A stretch of 64,000 nt of DNA. It comes from Akkermansia muciniphila. GTDB lineage: Bacteria > Verrucomicrobiota > Verrucomicrobiia > Limisphaerales > BJHT01. The position numbers and the translations under genes are program-made. Location: positions 8,272 through 72,271 of the forward strand of contig CAMAUZ010000005.1 of the NCBI GenBank assembly GCA_945861535.1. The letters run 5' to 3'. Numbering within the stretch: position 1 is the stretch's first letter; each line of letters starts with the position of its first letter. Positions 43,505-51,491 of the stretch are shown piece after piece. The notes under the pieces are model-generated. The model saw only the letters and a program-made list of their open reading frames with translations. It did not search any database and was not told the DNA's origin.

Positions 43505-44203
43505 TTAGCCAGCCGCGTTAGCATCGCGCACGTCCACCCGCACAGGCGGGCTCATGGTGCCGGAAATGGTACAACTCTGCATGTAGATCCCCTTGACGCT
43601 GGAAGGTCGGGCCTTGCCGACCGACTCGATGACGATGCGGACGTTTTCCTCGATCTGGTCGGGTTTGAAGGAAAGCTTACCAACGGCGACATGGACGTTA
43701 CCGGTCTTGTCCACCTTGTATTCGACCCGGCCGGCTTTCACTTCGCGCACCGCGCGGGCAGTGTCTTCGGTCACAGTGCCGGTTTTCGGATTCGGCATCA
43801 GCCCCCGCGGTCCGAGCACCTTGCCGAGTTTGCGCACTTCGATCATCGCCTCCGGCGTCGCGACGGCGACATCGAAATCCGCCCAGCCTTCATTGCACTT
43901 CTTGATCAAATCCTCGAAGCCAACGTGCTCGGCGCCGGCAGCCTTGGCGGCGTCGGCACTGGCGCCCGGCTTCGCGAAAACCAAGACCCGCACCTGCTTG
44001 CCGCTGCCGTGGGGCAAGGGGACGGTCCCACGCACCATCTGGTCGGATTGCTTCGGATCTACTCCGAGGCGGAAGGCCAAATCGACTGATTCATCGAATT
44101 TAGCGCGCGGGAATTTGAGGAGAACTTCCACCGCGGCTTTGAGCGGATAGACCTTGCGGAGGTCCACCAACTGCACTGCTTTTTTGTAACGTTTGCTGGG
44201 CAT
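43505..44203 (-). CDS. rplA: 50S ribosomal protein L1
   Basis: Starts MPSKRYKKAVQLVDLRKVYPL. Also FDESVDLAFRLGVDPKQSDQMVRGTVPLPHGSGK. Confidence 0.95.
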   Translation of the reverse strand: MPSKRYKKAVQLVDLRKVYPLKAAVEVLLKFPRAKFDESVDLAFRLGVDPKQSDQMVRGTVPLPHGSGKQVRVLVFAKPGASADAAKAAGAEHVGFEDLIKKCNEGWADFDVAVATPEAMIEVRKLGKVLGPRGLMPNPKTGTVTEDTARAVREVKAGRVEYKVDKTGNVHVAVGKLSFKPDQIEENVRIVIESVGKARPSSVKGIYMQSCTISGTMSPPVRVDVRDANAAG

Positions 44204-44248
44204 ATTTGTTGCGGTTCATGCGAGCCGAAGCTCTCCCGCGTAGATCGT

Positions 44249-44674
44249 TTATTCTTTGACTTCGATTCCCATGCTCCGGGCCGTTCCGGAAATCACTCGA
44301 AACGCGGCTTCATCACCGGTGGTGTTCAAGTCTTTGGCCTTCAACTTGACGATGTCCATGATCTGCTTACGGGTCACTTTTCCCACCTTATCTTTGTTGG
44401 GAGTTTTGGAACCCGAAGCTATTCCCGCAGCCTTCTTGAGCAGGACAGATGCGGGCGGAGACTTCGTGATGAAAGTAAAGGACTTGTCCTGGAACACCGT
44501 GATGATGACAGGGATAATCAAGCCGGCCTGCTCTTTGGTGGCGGCGTTGAATTCCTTGCAAAACGCCATGATGTTAACGCCGTGCTGCCCCAAGGCGGGA
44601 CCGACCGGGGGGGCGGGATTGGCCTGCCCAGCCGGGATTTGTAGTTTGATCTGTCCAGTAACCTTCTTTGCCAT
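44249..44674 (-). CDS. rplK: 50S ribosomal protein L11
   Basis: Starts [43 protein letters not shown]. Confidence 0.95.
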   Translation of the reverse strand: MAKKVTGQIKLQIPAGQANPAPPVGPALGQHGVNIMAFCKEFNAATKEQAGLIIPVIITVFQDKSFTFITKSPPASVLLKKAAGIASGSKTPNKDKVGKVTRKQIMDIVKLKAKDLNTTGDEAAFRVISGTARSMGIEVKE

Positions 44675-44679
44675 AAAAA

Positions 44680-45228
44680 TCAGCCTTTCTCGACCTGCCA
44701 GTATTCCAATTCCACGGGTGTGTTCCGACCGAAAATATTGACCGTAACCTTCAATTTGCCGCGATCCGGATCAATCTCTTCAATGACCCCGCTGAAATTG
44801 AGGAACGGACCGTCGTTAATCTTCACCGTTTCGCCCACTTCAAAACTCACCTTGGGCTTCTCACGGTCCTCAGAGTCCGAGATTTGAGACTTTATGTGCG
44901 CCATCTCATCGTCGGAAGTAGGTGACGGGCGTTCGCCACCCACGAATCCGATGATGCCCTGGGTATCGCGGATGAAGTACCAAGGCTTTTCCACCAACCG
45001 ATTGCCGTCATCGAACAGAACCATGTCCACAAACACGTATCCGGGATAAAGCTTGCGAGTGGTGACGGTTTTTTTGCCGCCGCGAACCTCGACCACTTTT
45101 TCCATCGGGACGAGGACTTCTTTGATGTAGTCACCCATCTCCTCGCTCTTGAGGCGCTTCTCGATGCTATCCCTGACCTTCAATTCCTGACCGGCCAGAG
45201 TGTGGATGACGAACCAATGACTTCGCAT
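44680..45228 (-). CDS. nusG: Transcription termination/antitermination factor NusG
   Basis: Starts [30 protein letters not shown]-like segment [21 protein letters not shown] is present. Confidence 0.95.
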   Translation of the reverse strand: MRSHWFVIHTLAGQELKVRDSIEKRLKSEEMGDYIKEVLVPMEKVVEVRGGKKTVTTRKLYPGYVFVDMVLFDDGNRLVEKPWYFIRDTQGIIGFVGGERPSPTSDDEMAHIKSQISDSEDREKPKVSFEVGETVKINDGPFLNFSGVIEEIDPDRGKLKVTVNIFGRNTPVELEYWQVEKG

Positions 45229-45249
45229 GAGAATTGTTGGTTGGCGGGT

Positions 45250-45504
45250 TTATGAAGTGATCCAGCGCACGAAAAGAGCCACCACCAAATCCACCAGCAC
45301 GGTGAAGACACCAATCAAGCCAATGGAAACCATAACTACCACGGTGGAGCCTTTGAGTTCTTCTTTGCTCGGCCAGGTGCACTTCTTCAATTCTTCGCGC
45401 GTCTCCGACACATAGTCGGACAAACGCTTTAGATGCCCCTTCCGCCAAAGGAAGGCGAACACCCCGGCCAGCACCGCGTAAAAAAATATGTATCCGTATT
45501 CCAT
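45250..45504 (-). CDS. secE: Preprotein translocase subunit SecE
   Basis: 84 aa containing ETREELKKCTWPSKEELKGSTVVVMVSIGLIGVFTVLVDLV. Located upstream of nusG. Confidence 0.9.
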   Translation of the reverse strand: MEYGYIFFYAVLAGVFAFLWRKGHLKRLSDYVSETREELKKCTWPSKEELKGSTVVVMVSIGLIGVFTVLVDLVVALFVRWITS

Positions 45505-45513
45505 GATCTTCAG

Positions 45514-45603
45514 TGGCGGAGGGGGAGGGATTCGAACCCCCGATGGGCTTTAACCCATAACGGTTTTCAAGACCGTCGCGATAGGCCGCTCTGCCACCCC
45601 TCC
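45514..45603 (-). tRNA. tRNA-Ser (anticodon UGA), type II with long variable arm, CCA encoded
   Basis: Hand-folded: acceptor stem GGAGGGG/CCCCTCC, anticodon stem ACGGT/ACCGT with loop CTTGAAA, variable arm ATGGG-TTAAAG-CCCAT, T arm GGGGG-TTCGAAT-CCCTC, and GCCA tail. Confidence 0.85.
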
Positions 45604-45612
45604 GTCGATGGC

Positions 45613-45688
45613 TGGCAGGGCAGGAGGGACTCGAACCCCCAACCGACGGTTTTGGAGACCGCTACTCTACCAATTGAGCTACTGCCCT
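45613..45688 (-). tRNA. tRNA-Trp (anticodon CCA), CCA encoded
   Basis: Hand-folded: acceptor stem AGGGCAG/CTGCCCT, anticodon loop CTCCAAA, T loop TTCGAGT. Its position upstream of secE is canonical. Confidence 0.9.
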
Positions 45689-45720
45689 ATATTTAGTGAC
45701 CAAGCCGAAATCTTGAGACG

Positions 45721-45755
45721 AAAAAACGGAGGCGGAAGACCATCTTCCGCACTCC
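45721..45755 (-). terminator. Rho-independent terminator directly after tuf
   Basis: Minus strand reads GGAGTGCGGAAGA-tgg-TCTTCCGCCTCC (12 bp with one bulged T) followed by GTTTTTTCG. It lies about 25 nt after the tuf stop. Confidence 0.8.
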
Positions 45756-45780
45756 CGAGTTTTGAAAACTATTGTTTGGT

Positions 45781-46971
45781 TCAGGAGACAATGTCGCTGA
45801 CGCGTCCGGCACCGATGGTGCGCCCGCCTTCGCGGATCGCAAATCGCTGGCCTTTTTCCATGGCCACCGGAACAATCAAATCAATGTCCACCGAGACGTT
45901 GTCCCCCGGCATCACCATTTCGACGCCAGTCGGAAGGCTAACATTTCCGGTCACGTCCGAGGTCCGGAAATAGAATTGCGGACGGTATTTGTTGAAGAAA
46001 GGCGTATGCCGGCCACCCTCTTCCTTCGACAGCACGTACACTTCGGCCTTGAACTTCGTATAGGGCTTCATGGAACCAGGCTTCGCGAGCACCATTCCGC
46101 GCTCCACTTCTTCCTTCTTGGTTCCGCGTAGCAGCACACCGACGTTGTCGCCCGCATTCGCCTGATCGAGCAGTTTGCGGAACATTTCGATGTCAGTCGC
46201 GATTGTTTTGCGGGTTTCCTTAATTCCGACGATCTCGATTTCCTCCATTTTCTTAAGGATGCCGCGTTCCACACGTCCGGTAACCACGGTGCCACGACCT
46301 TCGATGTTGAAAACGTCCTCGATGCACATGAGGAACGGCTTGTCGATTTCGCGGGTCGGCAACGGAATGAAGTCATCGACGGCTTGAAGAAGATCTGCGA
46401 TCGCTTTTTCGCCCTCCGGAGTCCCTGCCATCGCCGCAGTAGCACTGCCGCGAATAATGGGAGTCTTGTCGCCGGGGAACTGATACTTGTTCAGCAAGTC
46501 GCGGATTTCCATGTCCACCAAATCGAGCAACTCGGCGTCGTCCACCAAATCGACCTTGTTGAGAAACACCACGATCGAAGGCACACCAACTTGGCGCGCA
46601 AGGAGAATATGCTCCCGCGTTTGCGGCATAGGGCCGTCCGCCGCACTGACCACCAAGATCGCGCCGTCCATCTGCGCGGCACCGGTGATCATGTTTTTCA
46701 CGTAATCAGCATGGCCCGGGCAGTCAACGTGCGCGTAGTGGCGGGCATTGCTCTCATACTCCACGTGCGACGCCGCGATGGTCACCGTCTTGCTATCATC
46801 GCGCACCGTTCCACCTTTGGTGATGTCGGCGTAAGAGATTGCCTTCGCGAGACTCTTGCGGGACTGCACCGCCACAATCGCTGCGGTCAGGGTGGACTTG
46901 CCGTGGTCGACGTGACCGATGGTGCCGACGTTGACGTGCGGCTTCGTTCTTTGAAAAGCTTCTTTTGCCAT
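45781..46971 (-). CDS. tuf: Elongation factor Tu
   Basis: Starts [32 protein letters not shown]. Also [26 protein letters not shown]. Confidence 0.97.
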   Translation of the reverse strand: MAKEAFQRTKPHVNVGTIGHVDHGKSTLTAAIVAVQSRKSLAKAISYADITKGGTVRDDSKTVTIAASHVEYESNARHYAHVDCPGHADYVKNMITGAAQMDGAILVVSAADGPMPQTREHILLARQVGVPSIVVFLNKVDLVDDAELLDLVDMEIRDLLNKYQFPGDKTPIIRGSATAAMAGTPEGEKAIADLLQAVDDFIPLPTREIDKPFLMCIEDVFNIEGRGTVVTGRVERGILKKMEEIEIVGIKETRKTIATDIEMFRKLLDQANAGDNVGVLLRGTKKEEVERGMVLAKPGSMKPYTKFKAEVYVLSKEEGGRHTPFFNKYRPQFYFRTSDVTGNVSLPTGVEMVMPGDNVSVDIDLIVPVAMEKGQRFAIREGGRTIGAGRVSDIVS

Positions 46972-47018
46972 GACGTTAACTGATTTTGTTTTTCGTTAGT
47001 TTACAAAGTTCGCTAGCT

Positions 47019-47094
47019 TGGAGCCCATGATCGGGTTTGAACCGATGACCTCGTCCTTACCAAGGACGTGCTCTGCCAACTGAGCTACATGGGC
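47019..47094 (-). tRNA. tRNA-Thr (anticodon GGU), CCA encoded
   Basis: Hand-folded: acceptor stem GCCCATG/CATGGGC, D stem GCTC/GAGC, anticodon stem CGTCC/GGACG with loop TTGGTAA, T arm ATCGG-TTCAAAC-CCGAT. Confidence 0.9.
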
Positions 47095-47222
47095 CCGCGC
47101 TACGGCTTCAACCCAGTTTCCACATTAACGACAACAAACCGCCGGCCTTTCCTTCGTTCTGAAAGCTACGGCCGACGGCTGCAATAATTTCTGCGGATCA
47201 CTAGCCCGATTTACTCGCCGCG

Positions 47223-47250
47223 ACTTTAGGAGTCAGCGGCTTGATGTCAA
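47223..47250 (-). promoter_or_regulatory. Candidate sigma70-type promoter for tRNA-Thr/tuf
   Basis: Minus strand reads TTGACA-N16-TAAAGT, about 130 nt upstream of tRNA-Thr. Pattern match only. Confidence 0.3.
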
Positions 47251-47346
47251 TAATCATTTCGGATTCTTTTTGGAATGTTTTCGACAGTCTCTGGAACGCG
47301 CCACGGATGCCTGTTTACGGGCACATGCAAGCCGGTAGCACCCCTG

Positions 47347-48270
47347 TCAATGCTGTATTGCTGCGTTATCCCTCGCCCCGACAACCGCGATTTCTCCCAG
47401 TCGGGTCTGGCTCGTCGAAACCAACCTGCTTGCCCAGTGATTTTGATCCGCTCGCTGGCCAGTCCACGCCAGCAGATCGGTCATCGCCTGCGGTTGCTTG
47501 GTGGTCTCAAAACCTTCCGGGATCAACGATATGGCGGGGCCTTCAGACTGGGAATACTCGTGCGTGGAAGCACCTCGGAGGCCGCGACCGCCAGCGCTAA
47601 AGTCACCGTCAGCCCAGTCTCAGCCGCGATCACGCCCGTCAGGGAACCCCTATCGATGACTTCAACATTGAACGCCGCAGAACGCGTTTCAATTGCGGCG
47701 CTAGGTTCCAATTTCGCCACGAGAAAATCGACCGCCGGCCGCCCGTGAAACCCCACCCATATCCTGGTCGAGCGCAAACACCACCCCGAGCAACGCATGG
47801 CAGGCGCACCATTCATGCGATTAACGTCCTCCCCACGGCCCACATCTGCCCGTAGCACCTCGCCCCCCCCGAGATACCGCGCCTGCACCCGCACCGCCGC
47901 CTTCGTACCCGCCACGAACATCTCCTGCAGCCCGCGATCCATCCCCACCAACCCAAATCCCCGCGTAAGCAGCTGAAAAATGCCGTTCCGACCAATAAAA
48001 TGAGGCCTGCGGCACGCTTCAATGTCGCAGATAAACAGACATCGCATATCGAAGCACATGAAGCCCCTGTAAACAAAGGCCAAGATCGGGTTTTCAATTC
48101 CTTCCTCGGCGACTTGGGACCGACTTCCGCTGCCCCAAATCCCGCTCCGTCCCATTCGCCGTGTCCAGTGCCGCGAGCAACTCCCGCGTCTCCATTCCCG
48201 TGAAACCGCACACCGCCCGCAACTTCGCCCCGCATGGAAAAAACCGGCAAATCCACCCCCGCTCCGCCAT
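47347..48270 (-). pseudogene. Frameshifted ORF of unknown function (three frame segments)
   Basis: Segment 1 starts at ATG 48270: MAERGWICRFFPCGAKLRAVCGFTGMETRELLAALDTANG..., with a stop at about 48094. Segment 2 is in the frame of ORF 47523..48317: ...ENPILAFVYRGFMCFDMRCLFICDIEACRRPHFIGRNGIFQLLTRGFGLVGMDRGLQEMFVAGTK...FNVEVIDRGSLTGVIAAETG. Segment 3 is in a third frame: ...ISLIPEGFETTKQPQAMTDLLAWTGQRADQNH...NAAIQH*, with its stop at 47347-47349. No family was recognised. Confidence 0.4.
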
Positions 48271-48418
48271 GCCCCCCGCCGCCTCCCCCTCTCTGATGCC
48301 GCCAATCTCCAATCCAAAACTGGCTCCTATCCCCCTCCCCTGCCCCAATTTTCCCTGTTGAAATCTCCAATCTCAAATCTCCTTCCCGCCCACCCGCCCC
48401 CTCGCTACCCTTCCTTCC
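48240..48418 (+). other. Strand-asymmetric C/T-rich tract
   Basis: Hand count over 48241-48420 gives 93 C and 18 G in 180 nt. It contains repeated AATCTCCAAT motifs and ends at the ATG of the TIR-like remnant. Confidence 0.7.
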
Positions 48419-49080
48419 ATGCCCGACGGACCGCCCATCCCCACGCCCGCCAAGACCGCCTTCATCAGCTACAGCCACGACTCCGCCGCACACCGCCCGG
48501 CGGTTAGCCGCGCTGGTTGCTCGACCAACTGGATGCCGCGGATTCCGTCCTCGTCATCAGCACGGAGACCTACTACCGCCGCTTCCGCGGGCACGAACAG
48601 CCCGGCATCGGCATAGGCGTGGACCAGGAAGGCGCACTCATCACGCAGGAGATTTACCACGCCCGCAGCCGGACCCTGAAATTCGTCCCGGTCTTCCTGT
48701 CAGCCGCCAATGAAAACTGGATTCCCGAGCCGCTGGGTCCTGGCAGCCACCACGCCTTGACCGCCGACAGCGCCTACGAGCGCCTCTACGATTTTGGCTC
48801 GAACAATCCGGCGTCGAGCCGCGCCCGCTCGACGCACTCAAACCCAAGCCCCGTCGCCAAGGCACCCCACCGCGCCCGGCTCTTTGGGTCTGGCGTCTTG
48901 GGTCCGGGGTCCGGGGAGAAATACCCGTGGCAATCCCCCGCCACCGACCTCGCCGCCGCCGCGAAGATCATCCTTCACGAGTCCACGTTCACGAAACCGG
49001 ACGGCACCGCCATTCGCGCCCGCTACGCCCGCCGCGACGAAGAACTCTCCGACGCCCAACGCGCCCTCCTCGGCACCTAA
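48419..49080 (+). pseudogene. SEFIR/TIR-like domain gene remnant (internal deletion, premature TAG, frameshift)
   Basis: The frame from ATG 48419 gives MPDGPPIPTPAKTAFISYSHDSAAH. After a frame change the sequence reads PPGG*PRWLLDQLDAADSVLVISTETYYRRFRGHEQPGIGIGVDQEGALITQEIYHARSRTLKFVPVFLSAANENWIPEPL...AYERLYDF, with the TAG at 48505-48507. From about 48792 a third frame reads WLEQSGVEPRPLDALKPKP. Confidence 0.6.
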
Positions 49081-49267
49081 CCCGGATACCTTTCCTGTAT
49101 TCCGCCGGTAAAAATGGGGGCTTTGACCCAGCGCCCCAAAAAACTCTGCAACACCAACGGGGTTGCAGCACGGAAATATCCGTCACCGCCGCGGACCGTT
49201 CGCCCGCCCGTACCGCCTCACGAAAGCGCCGTCCCAACTCATCCGGAATGGCAAAGGTAATTTTCAT
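48989..49267 (-). pseudogene. Possible ribbon-helix-helix (CopG/VapB-like) antitoxin remnant
   Basis: ATG at 49267 gives MKITFAIPDELGRRFREAVRAGERSAAVTDIS. After this the frame runs on through a terminator hairpin and into the opposing gene. No toxin partner lies downstream. Confidence 0.3.
49138..49168 (-). terminator. Orphan Rho-independent terminator
   Basis: Minus strand reads CTGCAAC-cccgttggt-GTTGCAG-ag-TTTTTT. It lies inside the in-frame extension of the RHH-like ORF. Confidence 0.5.
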
Positions 49268-49496
49268 GCGGCTACCTGAGCGCACGCGTTCAGCCACCTC
49301 CAGCTCAACCTCGCCACCGCAACGCCGCTGCGACCGCTACCCGCCACACACCGGCAACATCCGGGGGCGATGCGCCGGGAGAATCCCACCCTCCGCGGCT
49401 GCGCCGCCGCCCCCCTCCCCGTCCCACCGGCACCAAAAGCCAAGCTTCAGTTTGGCGGCGACGACTGGTCCTGCTCTTTCGCCAGCAAAAACAGTT

Positions 49497-49633
49497 GCGA
49501 CACGAACGACACGAGCGACGCGAAAAGCAAACGCGTTACCACCAGCTCAAGGTTTACCTGCAAGGTGAGTTTTCCCGATGCTGACAGAGCCCACCCTCAG
49601 CCTTGGTTTTCGTGTGTTTCGTGTCTTTCGTGG
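49497..49633. repeat. Imperfect inverted repeat whose arms are tandem ACACGA-type units
   Basis: Left arm GCGACACGAACGACACGAGCGACGCGAAAAGC (49497-49528). Right arm GGTTTTCGTGTGTTTCGTGTCTTTCGTGG (49605-49633). About 21 of 29 positions are complementary. The architecture matches 5365-5448. Confidence 0.6.
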
Positions 49634-49706
49634 TTCCACCCGACTGCCGTTTCCAGATTCAGCTTTAGGCTTGGAGCTTTCCCCCTAGCATCCCTAGTTT
49701 CCGGCC

Positions 49707-50741
49707 ATGGCCTTTGCAAAATTTCCGGCGCAGGAACAGAGCATCCAACTGCTGCAGCGCAGTCTGGAGCGCGGGCGGCTGGCGCACGCGTATCTGCTCA
49801 CGGGCGACGATCTGCTGCATCTCGAGTCGGTGGCGCGCACGCTGGCGATGACGGTGAACTGCGCGCAGCCGGTGCGCCGCGGGGACGCCGGAGCAGCGGT
49901 GGATTGCTGCGGGCGGTGTTCCAGTTGCCGACGGATCGCGGAGGATAATCATCCGGATGTCGGCTGGGTGCGGCCGGAGTCGAAGATGCGGATCATCACG
50001 ATCGACCAGATGCGCGAGGTGATCCACACGGTGAATCTGAAACCCTCCGAGGGCGGCTTCAAAGTGTCGGTGCTGGTGGCGGCGGACCGGCTGAATGTGG
50101 CCGCGGCCAATGCGTTTCTGAAGACGCTCGAGGAGCCGCCGCCGCGGTCCATTTTGATCCTGTTGGCGCGCGAGCCGCAACGGTTGTTGGAGACGATTTT
50201 GTCGCGGTGTCTGCGGCTGAATTTCGCCGGGGACGGGACGGTGATGCTGGGTCCGGGCGAGCGCGAGTGGTTGCAGGGCTTTGCGGAATTGTGCGTCTCG
50301 GGCAAGAGCGGGCTGCTGGGGCGGTACAAACTGCTCGGGCTGTTGCTTGGGCATCTGGGCGCGGTGAAGGCGGAGATCGAGAAGACACTGACGGCGCGGT
50401 CGCCGCTGGAAAAATACGACGACGTGGAGGATGACCTGCGGAAGAAATGGGAGACCGAACTGGACGCGGCGATCGAGTCGGAATACCGGGCGCGGCGGGC
50501 GGGCTTGCTGATGGCGGTGGAATGGTGGCTGCGGGATGTGTGGTGCCAGAAGGTGGCGCCGGGCGAGGATTTGCTGGCGTTGCCGGAACTGGCCGCGCCA
50601 TCGCGCGTGATCGCGGGGCGGATTTCCGTGGAGGAAGCGGTGGACAATCTGCGGAGCCTCGAACAGACGCAGCGCATTCTGGCGACCAACGCCCAGGAAT
50701 CGCTCACGCTGGAGGTAGGGTTGCTGAAGCTGCGATTGTAG
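49707..50741 (+). CDS. holB: DNA polymerase III subunit delta'
   Basis: Contains RLAHAYLLTGDD, zinc-module-like CCGRCSSCRRIAEDNHPD, and NAFLKTLEEPPPRSILILLAREPQRLLETILSRC. Confidence 0.9.
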   Translation: MAFAKFPAQEQSIQLLQRSLERGRLAHAYLLTGDDLLHLESVARTLAMTVNCAQPVRRGDAGAAVDCCGRCSSCRRIAEDNHPDVGWVRPESKMRIITIDQMREVIHTVNLKPSEGGFKVSVLVAADRLNVAAANAFLKTLEEPPPRSILILLAREPQRLLETILSRCLRLNFAGDGTVMLGPGEREWLQGFAELCVSGKSGLLGRYKLLGLLLGHLGAVKAEIEKTLTARSPLEKYDDVEDDLRKKWETELDAAIESEYRARRAGLLMAVEWWLRDVWCQKVAPGEDLLALPELAAPSRVIAGRISVEEAVDNLRSLEQTQRILATNAQESLTLEVGLLKLRL

Positions 50742-50780
50742 GCGTGGAAACAGCGAATGCCGACGGTGACGGGACGGGAA

Positions 50781-50812
50781 ACCACTAACTGGCACTAACC
50801 GGCACTAATCGG
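50781..50812. repeat. Tandem CACTAACYGGCAC motifs
   Basis: ACCACTAACTGGCACTAACCGGCACTAATCGG. Same motif family as 14308-14400. Confidence 0.6.
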
Positions 50813-50921
50813 AAAAAATTCGCGGCGCGCCCACGAGGGAAGCCGGGGGGGGCAGTAGTCCCAAGCCGATTGCTGGTTGGCCGCCGCGTATGGCAGCACC
50901 TCGCGCTGCCGACCGCGCCAC

Positions 50922-51278
50922 CGCTTCGTGCCGGAGGCACGCAAGAAATTAGCCGGTGGTGAAGCCCAGCGGAACCACCGGAATACCCGAACCAAAGAGC
51001 GCTTCGCCCCAGCGGGGCGAGAGAGCCGCGAAACCCCGCCGACACGCCGCGCCACGGCTTCGTCTTTGGAAGAGCTCCCTTGAACTGCATGTAACCCGGT
51101 GACGGCGCCCAACTGCGAGGCAGTGCGGAGGAGCAAGCGCCGCGGAGCGAAGTCCCATCGGAGTGTTTTCACGATTCTCGCGCCCCGCCGGGGCGCAGCG
51201 TTTGGTGGGGCGATTGGTCCGGTGGTTCCGCTGCGCTTCACCACCGGCTAATTTCTTACGTGCCTCCGGCACGACGCG
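50922..51278. repeat. Large inverted repeat: two arms of about 113 bp, each with three hairpins, around a 130-bp spacer
   Basis: Left arm 50922-51034: CGCTTCGTGCCGGAGGCACGCAAGAAATTAGCCGGTGGTGAAGCCCAGCGGAACCACCGGA...CGCCCCAGCGGGGCG... The right arm (51165-51278) is its imperfect reverse complement: ...CGCCCCGCCGGGGCG...TCCGGTGGTTCCGCTGCGCTTCACCACCGGCTAATTTCTTACGTGCCTCCGGCACGACG. Confidence 0.85.
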
Positions 51279-51491
51279 GAGGCGAGGCCGGGCAGGAGTG
51301 ACCGAACGATAATGTCCAACCTCCAGACACCCCGGTTGAAGCTGGGTGCCAATCGGATGGGAAACCGGCTGCAAAAACTGCGATGCGCCGCTTCACCCGG
51401 CTTCCGGTCCTTGGTCGTTGGCCTTTTTGGTTCTTCCCTTGGGCTTTGAACTTTGAGCTTTGAGCTTCGCATCCATCCGCGCCCGCCCGCT

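Noticed and set aside
45514-45603. Long-variable-arm tRNA as a possible tRNA-Sec
   Set aside because: The anticodon loop CTTGAAA gives anticodon UGA (Ser), not UCA. The acceptor stem is 7 bp and the overall shape is a standard type II tRNA-Ser.
47241-47748. + strand ORFs of 119 and 157 aa in the accessory locus
   Set aside because: Their composition is not protein-like. Protein-like signal is on the minus strand, and elsewhere in the locus the plus strand has stops in all frames.
47900-48060. Calling the unknown minus-strand ORF a uracil-DNA glycosylase
   Set aside because: Only one short motif resembles the family and the key catalytic context is missing. The resemblance is recorded as a hint, not as an annotation.
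47019-49706. Genomic island integrated at tRNA-Thr
   Set aside because: The degraded locus lies on the 5' side of the tRNA. I found no integrase gene and no direct repeat of the tRNA 3' end within 47.1-49.7 kb.
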